32,000 nucleotides of DNA from Trichlorobacter lovleyi SZ. GTDB taxonomy: Bacteria; Desulfobacterota; Desulfuromonadia; Geobacterales; Pseudopelobacteraceae. The translations under genes and the position numbers were made by a program. Within the stretch, counting starts at the first letter, position 1. Each line of letters opens with the position of its first letter. The notes beneath the pieces are model-generated. The model had not been told where the DNA came from. It saw only the letters and a list, made by a program, of their open reading frames with translations, and ran no database searches. The DNA is taken from positions 1,470,001 through 1,502,000 of the forward strand of contig NC_010814.1 of the NCBI RefSeq assembly GCF_000020385.1, given 5' to 3'. Positions 16,047-24,306 of the stretch are shown here, one piece after another.

Positions 16047-17591
16047 TTACGGGTTTCCACCTTCTTTTCGATTCACCCCGAGCTTTGCCATCCGGCTCCT
16101 TAATGTGCTTGGATTGATACGAAGCAACTCTGCCGCGCCACCGGTTCCGTTAATCTTTCCCTTTGTGAATGTAATGACTTTTCTGATGTGATGGGCCATG
16201 GCCTCGTCGAGGCTTTCAGGTTTTTCGAGTTCCTGATTCACATTTGATGAAGGTGGCTCTTTCTGGGGAGATAAGGGGGGCAACAGCGATTCAAAGCTAA
16301 GAGAACCTCCTCTGTGGCGGATTAGTTCACGTTCCACAATATTTTGCAGTTCCCGCACGTTTCCAGGCCAGTCGCAGATCATGAGGCGCTCCAAAGCGCC
16401 CAATGCAATGGCTGGCACCTCCGTCAGTCCAAGTTCCCTGCTCTTTACCTGCACCAAGTGCCTAGCCAGTGCCGGGATATCCTCACGGCGCTGCCTTAGT
16501 GGGGGGATAAAAATAGGGAAGACATTTATTCGAAACCAAAGATCTTCTCGAAAATGACCTTCCGTGATCATTTGTTCAAGATTCCTGTTGGTTGCAGCGA
16601 TGATCCTGATGTTGATCGGAATAGGTTTGGCCCCTCCCACTCGTTCAAGCTCGCGGTTCTGTAGCACCCGCAACAGTTTTACCTGAGCCTGGAGCGGGAG
16701 TTCCCCAATCTCGTCCAAAAAAAGTGTCCCGCCGTTAGCACGCTCAAAACGCCCTCGTTTTTCCGCAACTGCCCCGGTAAAGGCCCCCTTTTCGTGCCCG
16801 AAAAGCTCGCTGTCGATTAGTGTATCTGCGATGGCTCCGCAATTGACCTTGACAAAGGGACCGCTACTACGCGTCGATCCATAGTGGATGGCGTTTGCAA
16901 TGACTTCTTTGCCGACGCCGGTCTCTCCAAGCAGCAGAACGGTATTGTTGAGTGGAGCCACTTGCCGGACCTGTTCCATCACGTTACGCAGGCCGCTCTG
17001 CTCTCCCACGATGTCGCCGCCATCAGAACCGGGAGAGAGTTCCCTTTGCAGGAAACGATTGTCATCAAGAAGTACATCTCGCAAGTGCAGCAACTCCTCG
17101 TGAGCAAGGGCGTTTGATAAGGCGATGGCTATCGGTTCAGCAACCAGGCGAATCAGGTCCGCATGTTCCTTACGGTAAACTCTGTCACCATTAGCCCTTA
17201 GAATGAGAACCCCAACCTTTTTGCCCTCGATGTGCAATGGCAGTGATAAATCTGATTTCCCTTCGTTTTTGGTGAGTGCGGCAATTTTTCTCACTATGGG
17301 ATCTTTGTTTGTGGAGTCTACGATTACCGGTTCGTGGACACTTTGAGCCCAAAACCAGACCTCCTCAGGAAGCGGTATGATCTCTGCCGGCTTGGGGGAA
17401 ACATCGACGGTCACATCAGCAATGCGTCGTATGGCTCCCAATTGCAAGTCGAGGATATCGAGAAAGATCTCATCGACCGGCAGAACTCCTCGTAGGTATA
17501 AGAAGCAGCGTTGAATCGCGATATTGATATCCAGGCTGCTGCAAAACCTTAGCGTTACTTCGCGAAAGAATTCTTCATGTTTAACTTTCAT
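16047..17591 (-). CDS. sigma54-dependent transcriptional activator (GAF sensor - AAA+ - Fis-type HTH)
   Basis: The GAF-like N-terminus includes ...[42 protein letters not shown]. The AAA+ core shows [24 protein letters not shown] and [12 protein letters not shown]. The C-terminal HTH is [34 protein letters not shown] lies before ATG at 17591 (MKVKHEEFF). Confidence 0.9.
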   Translation of the reverse strand: MKVKHEEFFREVTLRFCSSLDINIAIQRCFLYLRGVLPVDEIFLDILDLQLGAIRRIADVTVDVSPKPAEIIPLPEEVWFWAQSVHEPVIVDSTNKDPIVRKIAALTKNEGKSDLSLPLHIEGKKVGVLILRANGDRVYRKEHADLIRLVAEPIAIALSNALAHEELLHLRDVLLDDNRFLQRELSPGSDGGDIVGEQSGLRNVMEQVRQVAPLNNTVLLLGETGVGKEVIANAIHYGSTRSSGPFVKVNCGAIADTLIDSELFGHEKGAFTGAVAEKRGRFERANGGTLFLDEIGELPLQAQVKLLRVLQNRELERVGGAKPIPINIRIIAATNRNLEQMITEGHFREDLWFRINVFPIFIPPLRQRREDIPALARHLVQVKSRELGLTEVPAIALGALERLMICDWPGNVRELQNIVERELIRHRGGSLSFESLLPPLSPQKEPPSSNVNQELEKPESLDEAMAHHIRKVITFTKGKINGTGGAAELLRINPSTLRSRMAKLGVNRKEGGNP

Positions 17592-17605
17592 GGGACACGC
17601 TCCTC

Positions 17606-17617
17606 TCGATATATCGA
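17606..17617. promoter_or_regulatory. perfect palindrome TCGATATATCGA (candidate activator binding site / autoregulatory site)
   Basis: It lies about 110 bp upstream of the -24 element and a few nt upstream of the SD of the activator gene. It shares the ATCGA core with 17660-17671 and with GTATCGAAAT at 17631-17640. Confidence 0.35.
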
Positions 17618-17659
17618 TAAAATACATACGGTATCGAAATGTCACAACAAAAATATCTA

Positions 17660-17671
17660 AATATCGATATT
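17660..17671. promoter_or_regulatory. perfect palindrome AATATCGATATT (candidate UAS for the sigma54 activator)
   Basis: Its centre is about 55 bp upstream of the -24 GG of the sigma54 promoter. Confidence 0.35.
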
Positions 17672-17718
17672 AGCATTGCTTTTCAATCGCAACAAATTGA
17701 TTTTATTTAATTTATTTT

Positions 17719-17735
17719 TTGGCACACTTTGCGCA
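17719..17735 (+). promoter_or_regulatory. sigma54 (-24/-12) promoter
   Basis: TTGGCACACTTTGCGCA has GG at 17721-22 and GC at 17733-34 with the canonical 10-nt spacing. It is very close to the glnAp2-type TTGGCACAGATTTCGCT. It lies 35 nt upstream of the azoR start and is divergent from a sigma54 activator gene. Confidence 0.75.
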
Positions 17736-17769
17736 GACATACAAAGTAAACTGCAAAAAGGAGGCAACC

Positions 17770-18402
17770 ATGGCCAACATTCTTTACATTACCTGTAACC
17801 TGAAACCTCGCGAACAATCGCGTAGTCTCACCATCGGTAATGAATTCCTGAAAAGGTACTCGGAACGTCATCCGGAAGACAGGATAGACTTTCTGGACCT
17901 CTACCGCGACCCAATCCAGCGCATTGATACCGATGTGCTCAACGGCTGGGGAAAGCTGCGCACCGGTGCTTCCTTTGATTTGTTATCAGAGGACGAAGTG
18001 CGCAAAATCGGCAGGATTGGAGCACTTGCAGACCAGTTCGTGGCCACAGACAAGTACGTTTTTGTAACGCCAATGTGGAACCTGGGATTCCCGGCGGAGC
18101 TGAAGATGTATATCGATACGGTTTGCGTGGTTGGGAAGACCTTTACCTACACAGAGAGCGGAGCGGTAGGACTTTTGCGTGGCATGGGCAAGAAGTGCCT
18201 CCATATCCATTCCTGCGGCGGATTTCACTGCGGCTCCGCCGATGACCACTCGGTACCCTATCTGAAGTCGGTGATGAACTTCATGGGGATTGAAGATTTC
18301 AGGTCGGTTGTGGTGGAAGGGATGGACGCGCTGCCGCATAGAGCAGAAGAATTCATGGACAAGGCGCTGGCAGAAAGCCGGGAAGCAGCCGCCCTGTTTT
18401 GA
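17770..18402 (+). CDS. azoR: FMN-dependent NADH-azoreductase / flavodoxin-like quinone reductase
   Basis: [30 protein letters not shown]...[34 protein letters not shown] is the AzoR/AcpD family pattern. AAGGAGG lies 5 nt before ATG at 17770. The TTG start at 17719 in the track is the promoter itself. Confidence 0.8.
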   Translation: MANILYITCNLKPREQSRSLTIGNEFLKRYSERHPEDRIDFLDLYRDPIQRIDTDVLNGWGKLRTGASFDLLSEDEVRKIGRIGALADQFVATDKYVFVTPMWNLGFPAELKMYIDTVCVVGKTFTYTESGAVGLLRGMGKKCLHIHSCGGFHCGSADDHSVPYLKSVMNFMGIEDFRSVVVEGMDALPHRAEEFMDKALAESREAAALF

Positions 18403-18488
18403 CATAGGGCGAACTAGCTGAATACTACTGGGAACAACCTCCCACCCCGATGGAGTGCTTTCATCTTGTTAATTTACAGGAGGAATAC

Positions 18489-20678
18489 ATGGAAGAGATT
18501 CGTAGAAGTTATTGCGGTCTTTGTCATCCGCGATGCGGCACCTTGTTACACATGGACAACAACCAGGTTGTAAAAGTTACGGGCGATCCACAGCACCCAA
18601 TCTCTCGTGGAGCAATCTGCGAACGCGGCCGATTTATGGTCGAACACCTCTATCATCCGCAGCGCTTGAACTACCCCTTGAAAAGAATAGGCAAGAAGGG
18701 AGAGGGGCGCTGGCAGCGCATAAGCTGGGATCAGGCATTGGACGAGGTGGCGGAAAAATTGGCCAGCTTGAAAGAGAAGCATGGGGCAGAGACCCTGGCT
18801 TTTACCCACGGCACCAAGCGCACCTACCACTGGGACTGCCGGCGCTTCTTCAACCTATTCGGTTCGCCCAACACCTGCGGGGTCAATACCATCTGCATGT
18901 GCCCAAGCTACGCCACCGAATATGCCACCTACGGCGGTATGGTCATGGGGAGTGAGGTCATGGGTGCTCGATGTGTGGTTCTGTGGGGCAATAATGCCTC
19001 AAATTCCAGCCCGCTGTACCTTTCAGCTCACCTTGCCAAGGCGCGAAAAAATGGCGCTAAGCTGATCGTCATCGACCCGCGCCGGATTAAAGAGGCGGAA
19101 CAAGCCGACCTCTGGTTGCAGGTTCGACCGGGCACCGATCTGGCGCTAATGCTAGGCTGGATTCGCCTGATTATCGCCGAAGAGCTGTACGACCGAGAAT
19201 TCGTTGCCAACTGGACGGTTGGCTTCGATGAACTTAAAGCTGCGGTCGAAGCCTACACACCGGAGAAGGTCGCCGAAATCACCTCGGTGTCGGCGGAGTT
19301 GATCGTTCAGGCAGCCCGCATGTACGCCACCACCGGGCCGGCCGTCATCCCCTTTGGCTTTGGACTGGACAAGCAAGGTATCAATGCCACTCAGTGCGCA
19401 CGCGCCCGGGCGATTCTGAGGGCAATTACCGGCAATCTCGAAGTCTCTGGCGGTGAAAACTTCAGCATGACCGGTGAGGTTGGTAAAATCCATGACTGGG
19501 AGTACCTAGAGCTCAACGATACTCTGCCAGCCAGCCAGAGGGCCAAGCAGCTCGGTGCGAAGCAATATCCCATCTTCGGTTTCCCCGGTTGGGAAAGAAA
19601 CTCGGCTGCCAACAAAAAGTTGCCCGAGGGCTATGTCGCTCCACCCGAGGCTTGGCACTCCAACCTGGCCCATGCCCGCGAGGTGATGAATGCTATCATC
19701 ACCGGCAAACCCTATCCGGTGACCGCGGCAATTACCCTTGCCAACAATCCGCTGCTCGCTCTGCCGAATACCAAACGCGTATTCAAGGCCCTGCAGGCCC
19801 TTGAGCTCTATGTGGTGGTCGATTACTTCATGACACCGTCGGCTGCTATGGCGGATTATGTTTTCCCGGCTGCCTCAACGGTTGAGACTCCCGAACTCTG
19901 GCTGACCGGAGGTTTCTGTGTTGCCTGTCCACAAGCGATGGAGCCACTTTACGAGCGTCGCAACAGTTATGACTTTTACCGTGGGCTAGCCATGCGTCTC
20001 GGGCAAGAACAGTATTGGCCCTGGGAGACTGTGGAGGAGGTCTATGACCACTGCCTGGAACCGCTCGGTCTAAACTTTAAACAGTTACAAAATCAGCCTG
20101 GAATTTTTGGTGCGCGGGAATATCGGCGCTATGAGAAATTCGGCTTCGGCACCCCCTCCGGCAAGGTCGAGCTGAAATCTTCAATCTTTGAAGAGCTGGG
20201 AAAGGACGCCCTACCGCAGTATCGCGAACCGGTCTGGAGTCCCAAAGCCGATCCGACGCTGACAGAGGAGTATCCGCTGATCCTGATTACCGGCAGCCGC
20301 TATATGCCGATATATCACTCCGAGCATCGCCAGATCGAAGCGGCACGTAAAAAGATGCCAGATCCACTGGTCTCAATTCATCCAGTGACAGCCGAAAGGT
20401 TGGGCCTGGCCGAAGGCGACTGGGCGGTAATCTCGACCCCGCTTGCCTCGATCCGCCAGCGCGTAAAACTGTCTGACGCCATGGACCCTGCTATGGTTGA
20501 TATTCAGCACTCCTGGTGGTTCCCGGAGCGTGATCCAAAACTTCCGGAGCTCTTTGGCGTGTTCGAATCGAACGCTAACATGCTCTGCCCGGACGATCCA
20601 GAATTCTGCAGTCCGGAAATCGGTAGCTGGCCCCATTCCGCTTTGATGTGTCGGGTTGAGAAGGAGAAGCAATCATGA
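18489..20678 (+). CDS. cytoplasmic molybdopterin/tungstopterin (bis-PGD, MopB) enzyme, acetylene-hydratase-like
   Basis: AGGAGG RBS and ATG at 18489. There is no twin-arginine signal. The N-terminal [4Fe-4S] motif is C9-x2-C12-x3-C16...C44. MopB segments include RISWDQALDEVAEKL, KLIVIDPRRIKEAEQADLWLQVRPGTDLAL and the candidate metal-ligand region NTICMCPS. The C-terminal barrel region includes PLILITGSR...VSIHPVTAERLGLAEGDWAVI. Confidence 0.85.
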   Translation: MEEIRRSYCGLCHPRCGTLLHMDNNQVVKVTGDPQHPISRGAICERGRFMVEHLYHPQRLNYPLKRIGKKGEGRWQRISWDQALDEVAEKLASLKEKHGAETLAFTHGTKRTYHWDCRRFFNLFGSPNTCGVNTICMCPSYATEYATYGGMVMGSEVMGARCVVLWGNNASNSSPLYLSAHLAKARKNGAKLIVIDPRRIKEAEQADLWLQVRPGTDLALMLGWIRLIIAEELYDREFVANWTVGFDELKAAVEAYTPEKVAEITSVSAELIVQAARMYATTGPAVIPFGFGLDKQGINATQCARARAILRAITGNLEVSGGENFSMTGEVGKIHDWEYLELNDTLPASQRAKQLGAKQYPIFGFPGWERNSAANKKLPEGYVAPPEAWHSNLAHAREVMNAIITGKPYPVTAAITLANNPLLALPNTKRVFKALQALELYVVVDYFMTPSAAMADYVFPAASTVETPELWLTGGFCVACPQAMEPLYERRNSYDFYRGLAMRLGQEQYWPWETVEEVYDHCLEPLGLNFKQLQNQPGIFGAREYRRYEKFGFGTPSGKVELKSSIFEELGKDALPQYREPVWSPKADPTLTEEYPLILITGSRYMPIYHSEHRQIEAARKKMPDPLVSIHPVTAERLGLAEGDWAVISTPLASIRQRVKLSDAMDPAMVDIQHSWWFPERDPKLPELFGVFESNANMLCPDDPEFCSPEIGSWPHSALMCRVEKEKQS

Positions 20679-21520
20679 TTGAAAAATCAATTATTGAAGA
20701 CACCAACACTTTACTGGGATATCTCGGTTTGGATGAAGAGCCCATCGGCGTCTATTACGCTGACACTAAACCAGAAAATGCCTTTGGTCCCAAACCTGGT
20801 CCAATCATTACCCGCGAACTGGAAGAACAAGGCCAGATCGACATGCAGGCGGTTTTTCAAAAATTCTCCTGCGTTATCGGAAACATCTGGCTGGCAAGGA
20901 AGAAAAAGGGGACTGCCTATATCTCCACTGAAGAGTATGGGTGTCCTGGTGGTTCTTTCTACTGCTCCATGATGAAGCCCAATCTCAGATTCATTGAGCA
21001 CTATGTAACCACAGGGTTTGAAGGAACCCCCATACATGGTGAGCGTTATTTGCCATCACCTGAGGCTATGAGGAAATTCTTGGATACGGTCAACCCCCGA
21101 AAGGCTCCGGCCAAATATTGCCTCTTCAAGCCGTTGTCACTCTTTACCGGCAGTGAGGTGCCTGAGTTTGTGATATTTTTTGCTCGGCCCGAAGTGTTGA
21201 GTGGTCTTTTCACCCACACCATGTTTACGACCGGGGAGTTTGACAGTGTCGTTTCGCCATTCGGTGCAGGTTGCACCAACGTTATATCCTGGCCTCTGCA
21301 TTATCAGGAACGGGGCGTGGAAAAAGCCGTACTGGGCGGTTTTGACCCTTCTGCACGGAAGTATATGAAAACTGATGAACTAACCTTCACAGTCCCTTGG
21401 ACTCTGTATCAAAAGATGTTGAAGGCCATGCCTGAATCAATTTTTAGTGTTGACGGTGAATGGAAAACCGTACGCAAAAAAATAAATCATAGTGCCAAGA
21501 CGTGGGGAGAAAACCATTAA
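20675..21520 (+). CDS. DUF169-family protein
   Basis: LGLDEEPIGVYYAD...C-containing core...PEFVIFFARPEVLSGL...FGAGCTNV...DELTFTVP matches my memory of DUF169/COG2043 conserved blocks. Its start overlaps the upstream stop (ATGA at 20675-20678), suggesting translational coupling. Confidence 0.65.
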   Translation: MIEKSIIEDTNTLLGYLGLDEEPIGVYYADTKPENAFGPKPGPIITRELEEQGQIDMQAVFQKFSCVIGNIWLARKKKGTAYISTEEYGCPGGSFYCSMMKPNLRFIEHYVTTGFEGTPIHGERYLPSPEAMRKFLDTVNPRKAPAKYCLFKPLSLFTGSEVPEFVIFFARPEVLSGLFTHTMFTTGEFDSVVSPFGAGCTNVISWPLHYQERGVEKAVLGGFDPSARKYMKTDELTFTVPWTLYQKMLKAMPESIFSVDGEWKTVRKKINHSAKTWGENH

Positions 21521-21570
21521 TTTATATTCGCCAGATTTCTGAGAGTTTTGCCAATACGAGTTTTCTCTAC

Positions 21571-21608
21571 GAAAAGTCCCTTTAACTTTCTGGTCAAAGG
21601 GACTTTTC
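21571..21608 (+). terminator. hairpin terminator after the DUF169 gene
   Basis: GAAAAGTCCCTTT-(12-nt loop)-AAAGGGACTTTTC. The T-run is partly inside the stem, so this is a weaker call. Confidence 0.45.
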
Positions 21609-21815
21609 GATTATGCATCTATTTTTAATTGTAATAGCTGCGCCATCTATACAAGAGATGATCCGAGTCAAATATCTGATTATTGTCAATTTGAAGTACA
21701 CGCCTGCCTGACATCGTTTCACCCGCCTGATCACCGTCAATCTAAAGCCGCCCTTATCATTTGTCTGTCATAACCGAGAAGCTCTCTTGAGTCTATTCTG
21801 ACACCAGGAGGCAGC

Positions 21816-22382
21816 ATGGCAGGCAAATCTATCGGCTATGTCCGCGTCAGCACCAGCGACCAACATACAGACCGGCAACTGGCCGGACTGGAACTGGACC
21901 GCGTTTTCACAGACAGCGCATCAGGTAAAAACACTGATCGGCCACAACTTGGAGCCATGCTTGCCTATGTCCGTGATGGCGACGTAATCCATGTCCACTC
22001 TCTTGACCGCCTTGCCAGGAATTTGATCGACCTGCGTCGAGTTGTCAGTGACCTGGTTGAGCGTGGCATCGCAATTCACTTTCATACTGAGAATCTTGTC
22101 TTCACTCCAGATGAAACGATCAATCCGATGTCAACGCTGCTGTTGTCCATGCTGGGCGCCGTGGCAGAGTTCGAAAGAAGCCTGATCCGAGAGCGACAGA
22201 AAGAAGGCATTGCAGCGGCAAAAACCCGAGGCGTGTATCGTGGGCGTCGGCCCTCTCTGACACCTGATCAGATTGCCGAGATCAAACAGCTGGCCTCAAC
22301 AGGAGTCCCCAAAGCCAAGCTTGCTCGCCGTTATGACGTGTCGCGTGAAACTATCTATCAGGCCCTCAAATCAGCTCTTTGA
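21816..22382 (+). CDS. serine recombinase (resolvase/invertase family)
   Basis: IGYVRVSTSDQHTDRQ (catalytic Ser), HSLDRLARN, AVAEFERSLIRERQKEGIAAAK and the C-terminal HTH KLARRYDVSRETIYQAL. AGGAGG RBS. Confidence 0.9.
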   Translation: MAGKSIGYVRVSTSDQHTDRQLAGLELDRVFTDSASGKNTDRPQLGAMLAYVRDGDVIHVHSLDRLARNLIDLRRVVSDLVERGIAIHFHTENLVFTPDETINPMSTLLLSMLGAVAEFERSLIRERQKEGIAAAKTRGVYRGRRPSLTPDQIAEIKQLASTGVPKAKLARRYDVSRETIYQALKSAL

Positions 22383-22533
22383 ATTTTTTTGATGTGTACA
22401 GGCGCTGTCGGGGCATGCTGGGCACGCCTTTCGCTACATCCTCCTTATGGCAATGATCCATGACATGCAGATTATGCATAATATCCATGATGACCATAAC
22501 ATTGCCAGATAACCAAATCAGGGAGGAGGTACG

Positions 22534-23559
22534 ATGCAACCAGAGTTGGGTCATGTTGTGATGATTCAAGCAGATCAGGTATTGACTGCAATGCTGCAGA
22601 TGGGCTGGCAAGTAGGTAACAAGCCGCCCGGCTATGCTGCTATTCAAGCCCGCCTGCGCCAGCTGTTCGGCAACGGCGGAGACGGCAACCGGATGCGTGA
22701 ACTGCGAGAGGCAGCCATTCGTATGGCAACTGGACAGCCTGCCAGTGATGACGACCTGGGTCATGCCGACTTGCCGCCGCTGCCTGAGGAGATTCAGCAG
22801 GAGTTGCAGGCCATGGCAATCGCTTTTGAAGAGCAACTGACACGTCTGGATCATCGCTTGGCTCTATGCCTCGACAGTGCCTTGTCCGATATCAGATCTG
22901 AGGCCAGGATCAAGATTAACACGGTCAAACGCGACGCAGAGGAACGCTTGGCAGTTGCACATGAAGAACTCGACCAAGCTTTGACCGACTTACAGGTATC
23001 AGGTGCAACCCTCAGCGCTTTACAGGAAGAACTCACGAACACTCGAGAACTCGCTGCCAAAACATCTGGTCGTATCGAGGCCATGGAGCATGAGCAATCT
23101 GCCAAGACAGCCCGAATCAGCAGTCTAGAGAATGAACTGACAACGGCACACGCTGAAATAGCTACCTCAACGGGCCGGTTGGAAACTCTGCAGTCCGATC
23201 TACAAACAAGGATCAAGCACATAGAGATGCTTGATGCACGCCTGGCTGATGCCAGAGAGTCTGCTACAACGGCCATATCCAGAGCCCAGTCACTTGAAAA
23301 TGAGATGAAGAGCGGGGCTGAACAGGTGCAATGTCTTCAGGATGAACTTACATCCAACAAGGAGTCATCGGCTAGAAATTCTGGGCGTTTGGAGGTGCTT
23401 GAGCAGGAGCTGGCAGCCAAAACAGGCCGTATCATCGACCTGGAGGCCACGTTAACTGAGGCTACCACTGCCATGGCCACCGCCACCGGGAGGGCCGAGG
23501 TGTTGGAGCAGGAGTTGACAGCGGCCAGGGCCCATACCAGGAAGGGAGCCAAACCATGA
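22534..23559 (+). CDS. coiled-coil protein with KfrA_N-like N-terminal DNA-binding region and internal ~35-aa repeats
   Basis: GGGAGGAGG RBS. The N-terminus is ..ADQVLTAMLQMGWQVGNKPPGYAAIQARLRQLFG... About 230 aa of heptad-rich sequence follow, with a recurring TGRxExLEQELxAKTxRIxxLExxLTxA motif (SGRIEAMEHEQ, TGRLETLQSDL, SGRLEVLEQEL, TGRAEVLEQEL). Confidence 0.6.
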   Translation: MQPELGHVVMIQADQVLTAMLQMGWQVGNKPPGYAAIQARLRQLFGNGGDGNRMRELREAAIRMATGQPASDDDLGHADLPPLPEEIQQELQAMAIAFEEQLTRLDHRLALCLDSALSDIRSEARIKINTVKRDAEERLAVAHEELDQALTDLQVSGATLSALQEELTNTRELAAKTSGRIEAMEHEQSAKTARISSLENELTTAHAEIATSTGRLETLQSDLQTRIKHIEMLDARLADARESATTAISRAQSLENEMKSGAEQVQCLQDELTSNKESSARNSGRLEVLEQELAAKTGRIIDLEATLTEATTAMATATGRAEVLEQELTAARAHTRKGAKP

Positions 23560-23900
23560 ACAGCGAAGGCATGCTCCAAATTCGGTTCTCTGGACAGATC
23601 AGTCTGGTCCGGCGTATCTATGACCGGTTGTCAGTCAGGATACCCCGCGGCCCGCGTGGTGGGTTTAGGCATCGTTGCGGCATCAAGGAAAACAGCGACG
23701 GTGTGACGGCCAGGCTGTATGTTGATCTCCCGCCTGAGCTGTATGCCGATCTTTTTGCTGATCCGGCTGCCAGTCCACAAAAACAAGCCAAGACCACGTT
23801 GCAGGTCGGCTCAGAACGGATCATCAACGCCGAGACGGTCGAACCGGACCGGACGGCAAATAGGAGGCCCACCTACCGGATCGGCTATCGTTTGCAATAG
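23556..23900 (+). CDS. hypothetical protein, translationally coupled to the coiled-coil gene
   Basis: The start overlaps the upstream stop (ATGA at 23556-23559), with GGAAGGGAG upstream. The product is 114 aa and basic. I recognise no motif. Confidence 0.45.
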   Translation: MNSEGMLQIRFSGQISLVRRIYDRLSVRIPRGPRGGFRHRCGIKENSDGVTARLYVDLPPELYADLFADPAASPQKQAKTTLQVGSERIINAETVEPDRTANRRPTYRIGYRLQ

Positions 23901-23996
23901 ATGCGCTCTCAGAACGTCGAGCTGATCGTCGCCGTACTGCTCGCGCCAGATCGTGCACCACCGCTGCGACTATGGTCTGGCTGTCGTGCCGCAAAA

Positions 23997-24040
23997 ACAG
24001 AGAGGGCCTCGAAATTCGAGACCCTCTCTGTATTGTTTTT
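23997..24040. terminator. strong two-tier hairpin terminator near the right end of island B
   Basis: ACAGAGAGGG-C-CTCGA-AAT-TCGAG-A-CCCTCTCTGT followed by ATTGTTTTT. AAAAA precedes it, so it could act in both directions. Confidence 0.65.
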
Positions 24041-24242
24041 CCCCCTGTGGGGTGTCCCCTCTGGCCAGGGGTTGTAGCCTTTTGACAGGCTAGCGCGTCA
24101 ATGACGCGGTGAACAATCTGACAATATTTTGTCAGCAAGAAAAAATTCTGACTTTTTTATCCGGAGTCTGTGAATCCCAACTATAAAGCGCATTGAATGC
24201 TATTGATCGTTTGTGGGGCGTATGTTATTTTTGCTATACAAA

Positions 24243-24258
24243 TTGCGAACATTTTTGG
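24243..24258 (+). repeat. 16-bp repeat TTGCGAACATTTTTGG (partner of 4917-4932)
   Basis: It is identical to 4917-4932, in the same orientation, and lies 55 nt inside the right att repeat. Confidence 0.45.
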
Positions 24259-24306
24259 CGAAAAAATAGCGACATGCTCTAATAAAATCGGATAGTTGCG
24301 TAAATG

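Noticed and set aside
18403-18488. Possible Moco riboswitch in the 86-nt gap before the Mo-enzyme gene
   Set aside because: Only a short CTCC...GGAG pairing is visible. I cannot recognise the conserved Moco-motif core, and the gap is shorter than the typical aptamer.
21569-21586. ACGAAAAGTCCCTTTAAC resembles the inner half of Tn3-family terminal IRs (ACGAAAACTCACGTTAAG), oriented toward the resolvase
   Set aside because: The outer half lacks the GGGG start. No inverted partner is found near 23900-24300. The sequence is also one arm of a hairpin that works as the operon terminator. The resemblance is probably coincidental.
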